Assembly (NCBI RefSeq): GCF_009914755.1 | Contig: NC_060933.1 | Direction: 5' to 3' (one strand) | Length of the DNA: 64,000 nucleotides | Source of the DNA: the human T2T-CHM13v2.0 reference genome, Homo sapiens | Shown: one piece after another, positions 38,992 to 51,149 of the stretch | Layout of the letters: every line of letters starts with the position of its first letter | How positions within the stretch are numbered: the stretch's first letter is position 1 | The notes under the pieces: model-generated | What the model was told of the DNA's origin: nothing | The model's input: only the letters and a program-made list of their open reading frames with translations | Databases searched by the model: none | Position numbers and translations under genes: made by a program

Positions 38992-39357
38992 TGTATTAGT
39001 CCATTCTTAGGTGGCTAATAAAGACATATCCAGGACTGGGTAATTTATAAGTGAAAGATTTAATTGACTCACAGTTCAACATGGCTTTGGAGGCCTCAGG
39101 AAACTTACAATCATGGTAGAAGGGGAAGCAAACACATCCTTCTTCACAAGGGAAGTGTTGAGAGAAAGAGGGAAAGGCCCCTTATAAAACCATCAGATCT
39201 TGTGAGAACTCACTCACTATCATGAGAACAGCACGGAGGTAACTACTCCCATGATTCAATTACCTCCCACCAGTCCCTCCCACAACACATGGGGATTATG
39301 AGAACTATTATACAATTCAAGATGATATTTGGGTACAGACATGGCCAAACCATATCA
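38992..39357 (-). mobile_element. THE1 (THE1C-like) MaLR solo LTR inside a MER5 fragment
   Basis: tgtattagtcc..gccaaaccatatca; perfect 5-bp TSD cttgg (38987-38991 / 39358-39362). Confidence 0.93.
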
Positions 39358-39399
39358 CTTGGGTTGGAACTAGTAACTTACATATGATTCCTTAGGCAT

Positions 39400-39550
39400 T
39401 CTAAGTACTTACTATGCACTGTATGTATGGACTAGCAGCATTGCTAAAAATGGAGAAAGCTCAGGCCCCACCCACACTGCTGAATCAGAATCTGCGTTTG
39501 AACAAGATGTCCAAGTAATATAAGTAGACACTGAATTTCAAGAACCACTG
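39400..39550. mobile_element. MER5A fragment
   Basis: ctcaggccccaccc..ctgaatcagaatctgc.ttt.aacaagat..agaaccactg. Confidence 0.75.
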
Positions 39551-39789
39551 CTGTAATTTGTTAGCACGTATATTAAATCACTTGAAGTTATCTACCTGGT
39601 ATTCACTGGATTGCTACTGCCTTGATTCACAATGCAAAGAAATGCTTTCACTAAGTTATGCTATCAAATTTTAAGGGTCTCATGAAGAATATTTTTGTGT
39701 TTTAGTAAAGCCATTGTTCAAGCCATCGATATTAGGTTGTCAAATGTCTCTTGCATTAAAGGCCCACGGAGGATATTATTCTTTTAAAA

Positions 39790-40250
39790 CTGGGAAAAAA
39801 CCCACAAAAATCAATACATGTTTTTATGAGAAAATACAAATAAGCAAAATTTAAAAAGCAAATAAAAGTGAATAAAAGTGGCCTGTGATTCCATCATCCT
39901 AATAAAGATACTGTTGATATTTTGTTATGGAATATACATATTTAGATATATTCTATATGTACCATGATAAACATATTCACAGAATGTAAAATAATCATTT
40001 TCAACATGGTTTTATATGCCATCATAATACTTTGCTTTATGAACACATATCACATAAGTAATAGCAGTATGCCACATTACTATACTACTGTTCAATATTT
40101 ACTTTCTAGTTACATTTTTGCTGGTATAAATAACACTGCAGTAAACATCCTGAACAACAGCATTTGAATTTATATATCCATGAAAATATTTTTTAAATAT
40201 GCAATATAGAAAAAATTGACTGGCTGAGGAAATGTTATGCTAACTATTTT
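39790..40250 (-). mobile_element. Old L1ME-type 3' fragment
   Basis: ttttgctggtataaataacactgcagtaaacatcc reverse L1 motif. Confidence 0.5.
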
Positions 40251-40413
40251 TCAAAGGAGAAACTCAATAGTGAATTGAGTTTTCCTTTTTTGCTTTTGTT
40301 ATCAGGAAGCTTGAAATCAAATGCAATGCTTAATTACACTGATTATACTAGCCTGGATTTGTTATATACTTATATCTCCGTTGATATCTTTTTTTTGGGA
40401 TTTTTAAATATTC

Positions 40414-40661
40414 TTTTTTTTTTTTTTTTTTTTTGAGACAGAGTCTCACCCAGGCTGGAGTGCAGTGGTTTGATCACAGCTCATGGTAGCCTTGACCTCC
40501 AAGGCTTAAGAGATGTTCTTACCTCAGTCTTCCCCGTAGTGAGGACTACAGGTGTGTACCACCATGCCTGGCTAATTTTTTAATTTTTTGTAGAGATGGG
40601 GTCTCCCTATATTGCCCAAGCTTGGCTCAAACTCCTGGGCTCAAGCGATCCTCCTGCCTTG
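40414..40661 (-). mobile_element. AluJ, 5'-truncated
   Basis: polyT, gatcacagctca..agccttgacctcc, aactcctgggctcaagcgatcctcc. Confidence 0.9.
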
Positions 40662-40781
40662 AAAATATTTATCTTTAATAAGACACATCAAATATTTTAG
40701 GGCAGTAGGGTACTTATCAATTTAAATGACTATACTTAGTGCTTTCAAAAAAAAATTTCCAAAGTTGGAAGAGTTCCTTCT

Positions 40782-40860
40782 AACTCCTGGCCTCAAGTGA
40801 TCCATCTGCCTCAGCCTCCCAAAGTGCTGGTAGTACAAGCTTGAGCCATTGCACCCAGCC
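40782..40860 (-). mobile_element. Alu 5' fragment
   Basis: aactcctggcctcaagtgatcc..cctcccaaagtgctgg..cacccagcc. Confidence 0.85.
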
Positions 40861-41513
40861 AAACATATTGTTATTTCAACACCAAAAGAAATATGCCTCA
40901 CTATTCTGTTCTCAGAGATTTATTTCTTTAGACCTTAAAGCATTCCTCTATAAAACACTTAAATCCGTGTTAAATGAAGGACATATTAAATTCAGATCAC
41001 AAAATTACCACAAAGGGGAAAGAGGTAACTATATAAAGATGATGAAAAGGAGCTAAGAGACAGGAAAAAATGACCACAGGGAGCCTTTGCCCACATTAGA
41101 GCATCTACTTTGGCAGATTCTCATGGAGTGGGTTATACTACAATGACTTCTAAGTGAAATCAAGCGATAATTCATTATAAATATAGATTACCACACAAAG
41201 AGTGGGTTTCCACTGCAACAAGAAGTTAAATTCACTCAGATTTACATTCAAATGAGTGATGATATTAAGGGAGAAAAGGGAAAAAAAGTGAGAATTACTT
41301 TATCTATGCCCAGGATCCAAGATATGTATATGAGATACTGTCAGACAGAAATTTGTCTGCTCAGGCTCAGAATGATAAAGAGGGAGGAAACAAGGAAAAG
41401 TAGATAACCAAGCAGTTCCCATAGCAACTCCCTGCAGTTCTTAGCAGGCTTGACCTGAAGCCTTGTCTCGCCAGTAACTGAATTATGCCCAGAGGATAGA
41501 AATTGAAGCCTGT

Positions 41514-41803
41514 CAGGCACGGTGGCTCACCCTTGTAATCCCAGCACTTTGGGAGGCTGAGGCAGGTGGAGCACGAGGTCAGGAGTTCGAGACCAGCCTG
41601 ACCAACATGGTGAAACCCCTTCTCTACTAAAAATACAAACATTAGCCAGGCGTGGTGGCACGCACCTGTAATCCCAGCCACTCACAAGGCTGAGTCAGGA
41701 GAATCGCTTGAACCAGGGAGGCAGAGTTACAGCGAGCTGAGATGGTACCACTGCACTCCAGCCTGGGCAACAGAGCAAGACCCCATCTCAAAAAAATATA
41801 TGT
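41514..41803 (+). mobile_element. AluS (Sg-like)
   Basis: Full dimer; perfect 18-bp TSD atagaaattgaagcctgt (41496-41513 / 41804-41821). Confidence 0.96.
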
Positions 41804-42685
41804 ATAGAAATTGAAGCCTGTTACCACCTTTTGTAGCATCACTGCCTTCTCCAGGTCTTCTTGCTTACAATGAGTTAATGCTAGGAAAACTTTTAACTCT
41901 TCAAGAATAGCAAAAGTAGATAACCTGAAGCCACAAAATAAACTTGAGACACACTATTTGATCTAAACATTGAGAATACTCCCCTTCCAAGCCTAAGACC
42001 TCAGGTTACTTCACAACTGGGCTGGAAGCAAGCCCATAAACAGCAAGCCACTTGTGTATAGATAGTTCTGTTCCTACTACAGAAGAAGAAGAACGTGAAC
42101 TATCTCTAGATCTTCTAGTTCTTGTTTTTTTAATGTATGTGTGTTAGTTATTTTTATGCCCTTCTATACGTGTACTATTATTCAGTCTAGACCTGGATGT
42201 TTTCATCAATAAAGTGAGACTAAGTGTTTAACTGTCCCCTGTATAAGACCACGGAGAACAAAAATTTAATTAATTGTAAGTGAAAATGCTTTGAACATAA
42301 TAAACAGTTATTCAGAAAAAAGTAAGTTTACTAGGCCTGTTAGTGGTAATATTACAATGACATTTATAAGGGACTAGGGTGAACATTATATTTGTGAGCT
42401 CAGCAAATTGTTCTACCCTTTCTTGTGCTAATGTAACCAGTTTGTCTTCACCTCAAAACATCACCCACGGATACAGGCACATGACCCACACCTAGCCAAA
42501 TAATACCTCTTTCCCTAGCTAGGTTAAGGGAGGATCTGATAGATGACCCAACAGGGCTAGGCAGTGTCCCTCCATTGGATTGCCATATGCATGATGAGAC
42601 TGCATTTACTAAATCCTGGCATTTGGAGAAATTCAGTCTGCAGACAAAGCCAAGCAAAGATAAAAATGTGAGATGGTTAGCCAGC

Positions 42686-42761
42686 TGGATGGATGGATGG
42701 ATGGATGGACAGATAGATGGATGGATGGATGGATGAATGAATGAATGAACAAATGAATGAA
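42686..42761 (+). repeat. (GGAT)n-(GAAT)n compound tetranucleotide repeat
   Basis: Read directly. Confidence 0.92.
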
Positions 42762-43599
42762 GTAAGTGGCAAGAGATGGAAAGGCACCTGATGTCAAGTG
42801 CTTGGTTTCAGTTCTTGAGGCCCTGGGAACTATACTATAATTTCAGTCCTATGAGCTGCACTTATTTTCTTCCAAGGTATGTGAGTTAACAAATTCCCCT
42901 TTTAGCTTGAAATGTTTAAATTGAGTTTTGGTCACTGGCAGGCCAAAGAGTTCTAAACAATGCATTCTATGTAAATACAATGCTCCTTTTGGCACCAAGA
43001 TAATGCCTTTCACACTGAAAATAGGCACCTCTCTGAGGATCAGTTTCAAGGCTTCTAGGCTTCTAAAACTCAACTCACTTGCTAATCCCACTCTCCATGC
43101 TCTGCCTAGTCTTCTCTTTGCTCCAACTTTATCAAACATTTCCCTAGTCAACAGCTAAATAGCATGGCACCAAACCTTGCAACAAAGTTTTTTCTTTGTC
43201 TCTTTATGACTTCCCCATATGAATATTTCCACCATTTCCAGAGATATCCACAAGTATATCTGTAAACACTCCTTGAAAACTCATTGAGCATCTTATCCTA
43301 TAAAGTTCCTTGAGGCCTTCTGGGTTAAGAGAAGTACTAATAAAAGTCATGGCTTTCCTATGTCATTGGTTCCAATTTGACTCAAGCCAGATGCTACCTA
43401 AAACTGAAGCTATGATGACTTTTGGATGACTTTCTGTTGTGAGTGTGAAATAAGTCACGGTTTAGGGACTATGCCTAGCAGGTACACACTCATGCAACAG
43501 AAGTCAGTATTAAGCCTCTCAGCTGATAGGGAATGGGCTGAGTTCAGAAATAATTTTCTTATTATTTCCTTATATTTTCTATAAAGAAGATATGTCTAA

Positions 43600-43703
43600 T
43601 GGAAGAAGGGATGGACAGAGAGAGGAAGGAATGCAGGGAGGGAGGCAGGGAGGGAAAGAAAGGGAGGGAAGGAGGGAGAGAGCAAGGAAGGAAGGAAGGA
43701 AGG
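43600..43703 (+). repeat. GA-rich (GGAA/GGGA) tract
   Basis: Read directly. Confidence 0.85.
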
Positions 43704-46700
43704 TTGGTTCTTCATTTTGGATCCTGAAAAAAAGAAAACATCCTTATAGATATGGAACATTTTCAAGGATAATAAAAAGTCCACATTTTGAGATGGATGC
43801 TAGAAAGATTAAATTCACCAAAAATAGAAAAGCAAACATACTATATAGAATGATGTCATATAACACACCTACCTTCTGTATTGAAACAAGTAATTAGTCA
43901 AGAACATGCCACAGAGAAAGAAATTCATATAGAGCTGTCACGTTTTATAACCTATGTTCTAGAAGACAATAGTTTTCCCAAGTCTAATGTGACAACACAT
44001 GTCTGTTTTATACAACATCCATTTCCCAGACATGCTCCTTGGACCTAATGAAAAACAGCGTGTGCCACATGTCTGGGTTCACCACAGCAGGCTGCATCGT
44101 TGAGAAGGCTTCTTCCATTACAAGCCTGTCTTTAAAATATGGTTTCTAAGTCCTCTGGGCTAATTAAGCACAGCTGGGTGTACATCAGCCCCAGTCAAGT
44201 GTGACGATTAGGCTGGCGAGAAAAAATCAATTATCATTAATCACTAAGTCCGTATAGTGACTTCTAGAGGTGCTAAATGGGTTGAGCAGGGCGATGGTGA
44301 TTCTTCTCATGGAGCGACCAAATGTTTGAAGTGAGAGAGAATGAATCTTCAAATGAATCACCTGGATGGGAACATCAGAGGCCCATGTGTTTACAGAATA
44401 AGAAACACTGATTGTAATGAGAATAAAGTGCATATAATTTTTCATGCATTGCACTATCATCTCCAATTCTGGCTCACTTTGGGGCTATTCCCTACAGCCT
44501 TATGATGCATTGAGAGTTTGTGCCTTTTCTGAGCATAGTATTTACCGAAGCACTTGCGTACGCCAATTTTGTTTCATTTATCAAGACCTCCTCTCCTTTT
44601 TAAGAAAATGGTACAAAGGTTTGAGATCTCCATGTGAAGGACAATTAACATGGACATTATATTGCTTTGTATAATGTTTCATTTTGTGTTTGTTTTCCCC
44701 ATTTTTAATTTTCCTTTGCTTGGAAATATTTTGTCGTGCTCACAATAAGAATGGCTTATCAAATAAAGTGGCCCAGTCTCTCATTTCATCAGTGGACATT
44801 AGTTTAGAAGCTGTTTTTCTGGGGCCCTATGCTAGAGAATGCTAGCCAAGATGTGCCTGTTTCCCAAAAGTGAAGCAATCCCTAGTGTTCTTTCTCGTGC
44901 AAAATGAGTATGGAGATTAATTTAGGCAACCACAAGCTACACATTGCCTCTCTCACACTCCAGCTGAAGACAAGTGACAGTGTAGGGAATTCATTTGCAG
45001 GCCAGTTTGAAATGCAAAAGGTACAGTAACAGGACAAGAGCCTTAAGCAGGTGAAGCAATTTTCACTTTTCCCTCCTGAAACTTCAACTTAAACATTATG
45101 TTCACTGTAACCTCACCGAGTGAATTGCCTGTCTTTGGCCTTGGGATGCTCTTTAAGGATTCTTTGCTGGAGAACCAGCCTGGGGAAAGGTAGGCTATAC
45201 ACTCCACCTCCATCACCAACTTTCTGCACCTACTTATTTTCAACCACAGTGCATGATCACTCTCCTCAATAAACTTTGGAACCACTTGAAAGGAAAAACA
45301 AACAAACAAAAAACCCTACCATCTAAGGTCAAATTTCCTTCTCTTCTTTCAAAGTCAGGACATATGGAGAAAATGAAAGACATGTCCCATTACAGCTCCA
45401 TTCCCTTTTATCCTCCTAGAAACAGCAAGTTTAGAGATCAGGAGCACAACGGGGAAGAGAGTTTAAAGGAACAGGCTGAGAGAGGAAGAGAAGCAGTCAT
45501 GCCAAGAAGAGATAGAGAAAAGGGGGAGAGATGGAAGGCACAGGGGAGGCTAGAGGGCAGACATACAAGGGAAGACCTGGACAGAACTGTAAAGGAAGCT
45601 GAGATGGTCTGTAGTTCTCCATTCTTCTGTATATTCTTCCTGTCACTCTTAGCAAGATTCAGCTCCCAGCAATCTCCTCTTACCCACCCATTCCCATTGT
45701 CTGGAACAATGCCCTTTGCTACCAATGATCCCATCCACATCGGAACATTATACACTTCCTCATCCACTCACTAGACTGGATTGTTACGCTCTGTCTGGCC
45801 CTTCTGTGTCCCGTAGCCTCCAGCATGGCAAGGACCCAGCATGTACTTAATAGATAGTTACAGAATGAAAACATAACTAGACAATGAGGACTGGTGGATG
45901 ACTACGTAGCTTTGGAATTTGAGGATTTCTTTACCTCATGACCCAAATGACTAATTTTCGTGGAAGAAATCACAGGCATTTGGCAGGCCCCAGAGTAGAC
46001 ATCATGGTTGCTTGGGCTTTGGGAGGATCTTCAATTTACACCAAGGCAATGACCTACTCACCAGCCCTAGAGGGAAGAGGGGAAGGCAACAAAAGCTTGA
46101 CTTGCATAATAATAGGTGGTAATTCTGGGCTAGAGCTCACAAACACAAACACATGCATATGCACACACATTCACAGACACACACTCCCTCCAGTTCTCCC
46201 CTATCACAATGGACTGATGTCAGAAATTGTAAAACCATGTTACTGAAGATTTTGAATACCCTGGTATGGCTATCACCTTAAGCCCTCAATCATTTATACC
46301 ATAGTGTGAATGTATGGTTCTGGACCTGTTCTCATAGAGACTAGAAAGAGAGAATGGCCAGTACTATCAATCTAACTGGGAGACCTAGATAAGAGTTTAG
46401 GACTCAGATAAGAAAAGAAAAGCGTTCAGATGCCCTTCAGGCAAGTGGACTAGGTATGTTCCTCTAGACAGAAACTTTTGGCTGGTTAAAGCAGACACTC
46501 ACCCAAAATCTGTGAGGCTGATACTCACTCAATCACTTAGAATGGCTGTCTTCAATTCAGCCTTGTGAACAAGATGCCGTTGTGTTTCTGACAATATAGG
46601 TGACCCACATAAGAGGGCAGCTGTGGCAAAGAGCCGCCTCACCATCTGAACCCATGTTCTCTAGCAGCAGATTTTGCCAAAAGCTCATGTCCTGAAGCCT

Positions 46701-46864
46701 AGGCCTGGCACAGTTTAAGCAGACCCTGAGTGGAAGGAAGTGTAGGCAGGAAGTGAGCAAAAGTGGGAGAGAGTGATTGTGCTTCTCAGCCAGACTGATT
46801 TTCCTGAACAATACATCACTGAGATCCAAGCATTCAACAGAGGGAAAACACAGACAGAAAAAGA

Positions 46865-46872
46865 GACAGACA

Positions 46873-46944
<72 letters not shown>
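46865..46944 (+). repeat. Compound STR (GACA)2GA(CA)21 C (CAG)9
   Basis: CA 46875-46916, CAG 46918-46944. Confidence 0.97.
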
Positions 46945-46946
<2 letters not shown>

Positions 46947-48366
46947 CAAACCCAGAGAATAGGAACACCTCAGAAATCAAAATAACTGTTAAGTGAGGAC
47001 AGATAGCCAGTAAAAAAAAATCCCCTGCAGCCTGAGACAGGAACACAAAGCCTTCTGGAGATGTGCCACAAATGACAAGATTCTGACCCCTCCTTGCTTG
47101 TGGAAGAGTCTATTGACCAGCATTGGAGAGAGAGGCCAGCACGGCTGGGACATCCAGTCCAGGTGCTTTTTCAGAAAAATCCACTCCTTCGGTGCCTTCT
47201 TTGGCATGAGTGCTGCAGGGAGCTGGCCCCTGAGCTAGATGCGCAGACAGTTAGACAAGTGTGGCAGAATTTTAGAACAGAGCCCTTCATATCACACTTG
47301 TCAATAAGGGGTTCATATGATAAGATAACAAAGCTAGTAGGAAACACAACCTCCCATGAGCAGAACTTACAATGGCAATACAGGAGAACCTGTTCCACCA
47401 GTCTTGAAGCCAGCCACCCACTTAGAAAAGATAAAGAGGAAGAGATAGTAGTCAGAGAGGATCAGTGAAGGATATTTTTGGAAGAAAGTTACACCCTACA
47501 GTGAATGCTCATCATAAGGGGAATCCCATTATACAACTCAGAGGCACCTTTCCAGTTGTATTCTATGCGTTCTGTGTTCTGGAGCTCCAAAGGCTGTTAG
47601 ATACATAGAATGAAACATGAATGCTGCCCCTAGAAACATACAAAGCTACAGCCCGGTCCCACCACACCACCGTCCTTTAGGGAAAGGGGCAGGGAATGCT
47701 GCCCTCTCTCCATACATCCCGTAGGGAATCTGCACATGTTCACCCAGAGAGCTTTGAAATGATTTGCTACTGGGAGATGAAAAGACCTGCTGTCTGACTC
47801 ATACCTGAGAAAGTCTAAGCAGAATATGGGCAGGTTTCTGACTCCAGCCCACAAAATTAAAAGGTGAGGGATGAGTTGACTATTTGGGTGGCAAAGCCAG
47901 AAGTGCATTGCAGCATGGAATCTACCTGCAGCCCCAGCACCAACTGCAGCAAGGAAGGAGAGCAGGGTGGTAGTATATCTTGTGGGCCAAAAGTAGACTA
48001 TGCAGGAATGCAACCCCACATAAGACCTTTTTCAGGTTGTTCAGTGGTCACTCAATAAAGTAGCATCAGCCCAGGCTAAGGCAGCTGTAGAAGAAAAGGG
48101 CAGCAAGGAACCTCTAAAATTCTTACAACATTGCCCACTAAAGAGCCAGCTTGAACCCTCTGCAAACCAAGAGAGAAAAAGACACCAGCCAAGTAAGAAC
48201 TGCCTGTCCCTTACATTTTCTTCCCCCTACTCTAATCAGCTCCCTTCCCCAGTCAGACAGCAGCTAGCTAGTGGAAGGGAAGGTAAATGTGGAGAAACAG
48301 CATGAAAAGCCATTAGGCTCCCATGCACCACTGAAGGCCTGGCTGGAAAAAGGGGAGATGGAAACC

Positions 48367-48971
48367 TGTATTGGTTTGGTACTGCTGCATAACAAATTAC
48401 CACAATCTTAGCAGCTTCAGACAACATCCACTTAATATCTCACAGTTCTGCAGGTCAGAAGTCCTGCATGGCTCTACTGGGTTCTCTGCTAAGAGTCTCA
48501 CAAGGCTAAAATCAAGGTGTTGGCCAGCAAAGCTTTTATCTTGAGGATCTGGAAAGGAATTCACACCCAAGCTCATTTGGTTGTCGGCAGAATTCAATTC
48601 CCTGTGGCTCTAGGTCTGAGCTCTCCATTTGCTGGCTGTTGGCCAGTCACTACTTTCAGTTCTTTATGGCTCTCGGGTCCTTGCACATAGCCCCATCCAT
48701 CTTCAAAGCCAACGATAGCTCATCAAATCCTTCCCAGGCTTACAATCTCTCTGACTTCTTCTGCTACCAACCAGAGAAAACTCTCTGCTTTTAAAGGGCT
48801 CACGTGATTAGATTGGCCCATCTGAATAATCTCCCTTTTGCCATTTAAAGTAACCTAATCACAAGAGGGATAGTTTATCATATTCACAGATTTCACCCTC
48901 AGTCAAAGGAAAGGCAGTTATACAAAAGTGAAGTTCACTGGTGGTCATTCTTAGAATTCTATCATTCCACA
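48367..48971 (-). mobile_element. MLT1E-type MaLR LTR
   Basis: tgtatt..ctgctgcataacaaattaccacaa..ctcacagttctgcaggtcagaagtcc..ggctaaaatcaaggtgttggc..ttagaattct..ccaca. Confidence 0.85.
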
Positions 48972-49189
48972 AACACTGAATAAGGTTGGAAGTTTTGATT
49001 ATTCCTTAGTTTTGAACATTCAAATGACTAAATCAAGGATCTTTTTGCAAAACAAAGGAATTGTGGAACTGTGTATTAGTGGAGAATGAACGGAAAAGTC
49101 TGTGGTTCCTGTAGTTTTCATGGGGTGAAGAGAAGAGATAGAATAGGAGATGATCATCAGTGAATAAGCTTCAACAACAGTGGGAGACA

Positions 49190-49537
49190 CAAAGAACTGA
49201 AAACAGAACTATTATTCGACTCAGCAATCCCATTACTGGGTATATACCCAAAGGAAAATAAATCGTTCTACCAAAAAGACACAAGCACTTGTATGTTCAC
49301 TGAAACACTATTCATAATAGCAAAGACATGGAATCAACACCATGGAATACTACACAGCCATAAAAAAACAAGGAGGGGGCAAGGGGTGAAAAACTACCTG
49401 TTGGGTACTATGCTTAGTACCTGGGTGACAGGATCAACAATACCCCAAACCTCAGCATGACTCAATATACCCCTGTAACAAACCTGCACATGTACCCTCT
49501 GAATCCAAAATAAAAGTTGAAATTTTAAAAAAAGAAA
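49190..49537 (+). mobile_element. L1PA16/17-type 3' end with internal deletions
   Basis: cagcaatcccattactggg..taccccaaacctcagcat..aacctgcacatgtaccc..aaaataaaagttgaaa. Confidence 0.88.
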
Positions 49538-49819
49538 GGATGTGGAAAGCCAAAATAAAGCTGATATTTTATTTGCATCATGGGCCATGCTTGTAAAACA
49601 TACAGTTTACCCAAGGAACATAATCCTAGAGAAAGGCATGAATCAAACCAAAATAATGTATGCTAACGATGGTAATAGCAGAGTGGGTTATTAGAAGCAG
49701 AAATAAAGTGCTACAAAGACAAGATCCCAATGACTAGGATAAGAATGCCCACGAATCTCCGTGCACTGCAGGGAATCCCATGGTTACACGGAAAACATGA
49801 GAAGGGAGCCCAGAAAGCT

Positions 49820-49930
49820 ATGCCACGAGATTAAATCCGGGTCCTAGCTCTGCCCCTAATGTCTAGTACAAACTTGAGCAAGACCCTAGCCTCCCTAAAG
49901 GTCAGTGTCCTACCAGGAAAATATAACAAG
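49820..49930 (+). mobile_element. MIR fragment
   Basis: ggtcctagctctgcccctaat..acttgagcaag. Confidence 0.5.
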
Positions 49931-49959
49931 AATGCATGGGATAGCGGGGCATACACTCC

Positions 49960-50330
49960 AAAGCAGTTTACAAACTGGAGGCCCAGATGCTCTATCAGAC
50001 CCACAGATATGTTGTGTTTGGCCCATGCAGTGCTTTAAACTATATAATATCACTTAATACCAGCATTGAAAAAAGAAGCAGATTTCTCATTTAAAAAGAA
50101 AAATCTAGATTCCCAGCTTTTTTTTTTTTTTTTTTTTTTTTTTTCGAAAAACCAAACATTTGGAAACACCGGGCCCACACTCTGCATGACAACATTCTGT
50201 AGCTTGGCATTGGCTGGCCTCCTCCAACATGGGTTTGGGTGCTCCAGTTCTCCACCATCCCCACCAGGCAGGCTGCAGTCACTTGGGAAATCTCATTGAG
50301 TCCTGTTGGCACCCTCCTGTTTGACTTTGC
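49960..50330. mobile_element. hAT-Charlie DNA transposon remnant (MER102-like)
   Basis: caaactggaggccca..cccacagatatgttgtgtttggccca..tttggaaacaccgggcccacac. Confidence 0.55.
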
Positions 50331-51149
50331 TCTAAAGCATTACACAAGTGTTGGCTGTTACTACCTGTAAAATGAGGTCACTGGAATGGATGACTTACTT
50401 CTGCTCTGAGAGGCTATAATTCCAGTCCATAAGATGGGTTCTTTGGTCACTTTTCCCAAAAAGGTATAAAATGATCACCCAAAATCCCAGGGTGGTCCAT
50501 GTCCCTTGAGTGTGGTATAAAGGCCATAAAATGCTCTGAAAATCAGGCATTTGTACTGCGAGTTGCAGAAAGACTTCAATAAACTACAAATGTAGTTTTC
50601 CACTGGGCAACATTTAGACACTGACTTTAAAAGCAAATAGAAAGTGGAGATGAGGAAAGAACAAAGTTACCACCGACATTAAGAGACAGAGGCAGGACTC
50701 CAAGAAAGGAGGGGATTGGAGGGAAAATAAACATTCTCCATAAGAGCACGAATCCCAAGTGGCTCATCCAGAGAAAGGAGCCAAGAGTTTATAGTACTTT
50801 TTGGGTTGTTTTATTTATTTTCCCCCCCACAAGATATAAATCAATCTATTTAGATAGGGATGGTCGAGAGAACACATTTTATTGCTGTGGATAATTTCCC
50901 CAGGGAGAGGATCATTTTTGTTTCACTCCTAACTTTATCTTTTGGTTTTGTGAAACCCCAGAAGTTTATGAAAAGTTGTCCAGATGAGGACACAGAAATT
51001 AGCAAACTATTCCCATCTTTAATTCACATAAAAGTGGAAACACATACCCCTGCTCACACACACACAGCACTAGAAACCAGGAAAACTAATTGAGTGCCAA
51101 GCACTCTTGTACCCTAAGGATATATATATATATTTTGGTAGCCTGAGGC

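Noticed and set aside
45253-45774. Longest ORF (173 aa) and overlapping antisense ORF
   Set aside because: Low-complexity purine/pyrimidine bias, no recognisable domain or exon structure
46557-47046. polyQ/polyA/polyC ORFs
   Set aside because: Artefacts of the CA/CAG microsatellite
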